64,000 nucleotides of DNA from Rhynchobatus australiae (lineage: Eukaryota): the NCBI GenBank assembly GCA_034780895.1, contig JAUZTB010000079.1, forward strand, positions 17,420,350-17,484,349, written 5' to 3'. A program made the position numbers and the translations under genes. Positions 62,746-64,000 of the stretch are shown piece by piece. The notes under the pieces were generated by a model. It had not been told where the DNA came from and did no database searches. It saw nothing but the letters and a program-made list of their open reading frames with translations. The first letter of the stretch is position 1. The number at the start of each line of letters is the position of its first letter.

Positions 62746-63869
62746 TGGGGCAAAAGATATAGAAACTGGGTGTAATGAAGAAGACATGTTTAAAGCAAGT
62801 TAGATTACAGACTTCATTGATTCATTTCTCTGCACAATCACATGACATCAGTATCATGTGGGACATGTGCAGTACCAAATCAAAGGGAATTTGTAACCTT
62901 GCTCTAGTGCAAGTTCCCAAAATTAAGATAATCACAATACTGATTGTAGGTCATTGTTACCGTCAAAACAACAGAAGCCTCACTCAGTTTATGAATCACT
63001 CTGTGACAATTAGTTTGTTGCATATTTGCTGCAACTGATTGTTAGATTGGTCCCAGGGCTAGACATGCAGGAGGAATGAAAATGGGGTTAATTCATCACA
63101 AACTCAGACAAGAGACAGCAATCAATCCCTTACCACAGTCAATAGGAGAATCACAGCTCAAACCTGTGCTGCTATCATCTATATTCANNNNNNNNNNNNN
63201 NNNNNNNNNNNNNNNNNNNNNNNNNNNNNNNNNNNNNNNNNNNNNNNNNNNNNNNNNNNNNNNNNNNNNNNNNNNNNNNNNNNNNNNNNNNNNNNNNNNN
63301 NNNNNNNNNNNNNNNNNNNNNNNNNNNNNNNNNNNNNNNNNNNNNNNNNNNNNNNNNNNNNNNNNNNNNNNNNNNNNNNNNNNNNNNNNNNNNNNNNNNN
63401 NNNNNNNNNNGAAAATGTCCCAAAGTGCCTCAAAAGAGTTGAAATCAACTGATGATTAATGCGTTAGGAAAAGAAGCTAACAGCACAGTCAAGTCTTTAG
63501 GAGGCAGAAAAGGTACAGTTCAAGGGATAAACTGAGGATCTGGGAAGATAAATACTAGCATGGGAACTGAAGAGGAAGATAATGATTTTGAATTCACTAG
63601 GCTGTGATTTGGGAGCCTACCGAGACTCCTGGGGTATGGGCAAAAACGGCACTGGGACACAGTGAGTCACTGGGCTGTAGTTATGGAGGTTAGGCAAGGA
63701 GACCATCAACTTAGTTGCTGGGAGCTGGCCACGAGGCATGAATGAATTTCAGCAGCAGCAGGAGGTTGGGATGGGTGGCGTTGCAGAGGGAGAACTAAAG
63801 TCCTGATGGTGGCTGGAATTCAGGACGAGAAGTTCAGCTTGATCAAACAGGGCAAAGAGGTTCCCCACT

Positions 63870-64000
63870 GCCGAAATAAAACACAAAATGCCTCAGTAGG
63901 TCAGGCAGCGCCTGTGGAAAATGAGGAAAAGTGTTTCAGCTCCAGGACTCTTTATAACCTGCAATGCTAACTGTTTCTCTTTTCAGATGATGCCTAACCT
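63870..64000. mobile_element. Short palindromic Penelope-derived element, truncated by the window edge
   Basis: gaaataaaacacaaaatg...ggtcaggcagcgcctgtggaaa...taactgtttctct...gatgatgcctaacct belongs to the same family as 13505-13712 and 56890-57055. Confidence 0.6.

Noticed and set aside
62584-62787. HT-repeat ORF
   Set aside because: It is the translation of the (TG)n microsatellite.
7025-63459. Long ORFs in the ORF track (e.g. 10803..11918, 21290..22204, 33516..34163)
   Set aside because: Their length comes from runs of N. The flanking peptides are intronic or repeat-derived, except where they overlap the listed exons.
60604-64000. Search for the upstream PPIP5K1 exon ([30 protein letters not shown])
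   Set aside because: Not found in readable sequence; it lies in a gap or beyond the window.

Overview
Vertebrate genomic DNA, AT-rich and CpG-depleted, from a draft assembly with about 25 N-gaps. The repeat landscape (CR1, L2, RTE, Rex1/Babar LINE fragments, Deu-domain tRNA-SINEs, Penelope-like elements) suggests a cartilaginous fish; this is inference. The window holds the 3' part of a PPIP5K1 gene (diphosphoinositol pentakisphosphate kinase 1, VIP1 family) on the minus strand. I traced 16 coding exons with GT-AG sites and consistent phases, from the histidine acid phosphatase-like domain (60603) through the disordered C-terminal region to the stop at 4925-4927. One exon end lies in a gap, and the kinase-domain exons lie beyond 64000. 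No prokaryotic-type features (CRISPR, operons) are present, and almost all listed ORFs are spurious. Most notable: (i) Penelope-derived inverted-repeat elements with degenerate minimal hammerhead-ribozyme cores in introns; (ii) symmetric phase-1 cassette exons flanked by UGCAUG (RBFOX) motifs, a candidate 36-nt in-frame microexon, and several candidate stop-containing (poison) exons; (iii) a perfect 26-bp hairpin at 51887-51944; (iv) a Rex1/Babar LINE nested in inverted orientation in a copy of itself. I found no convincing wholly novel system.
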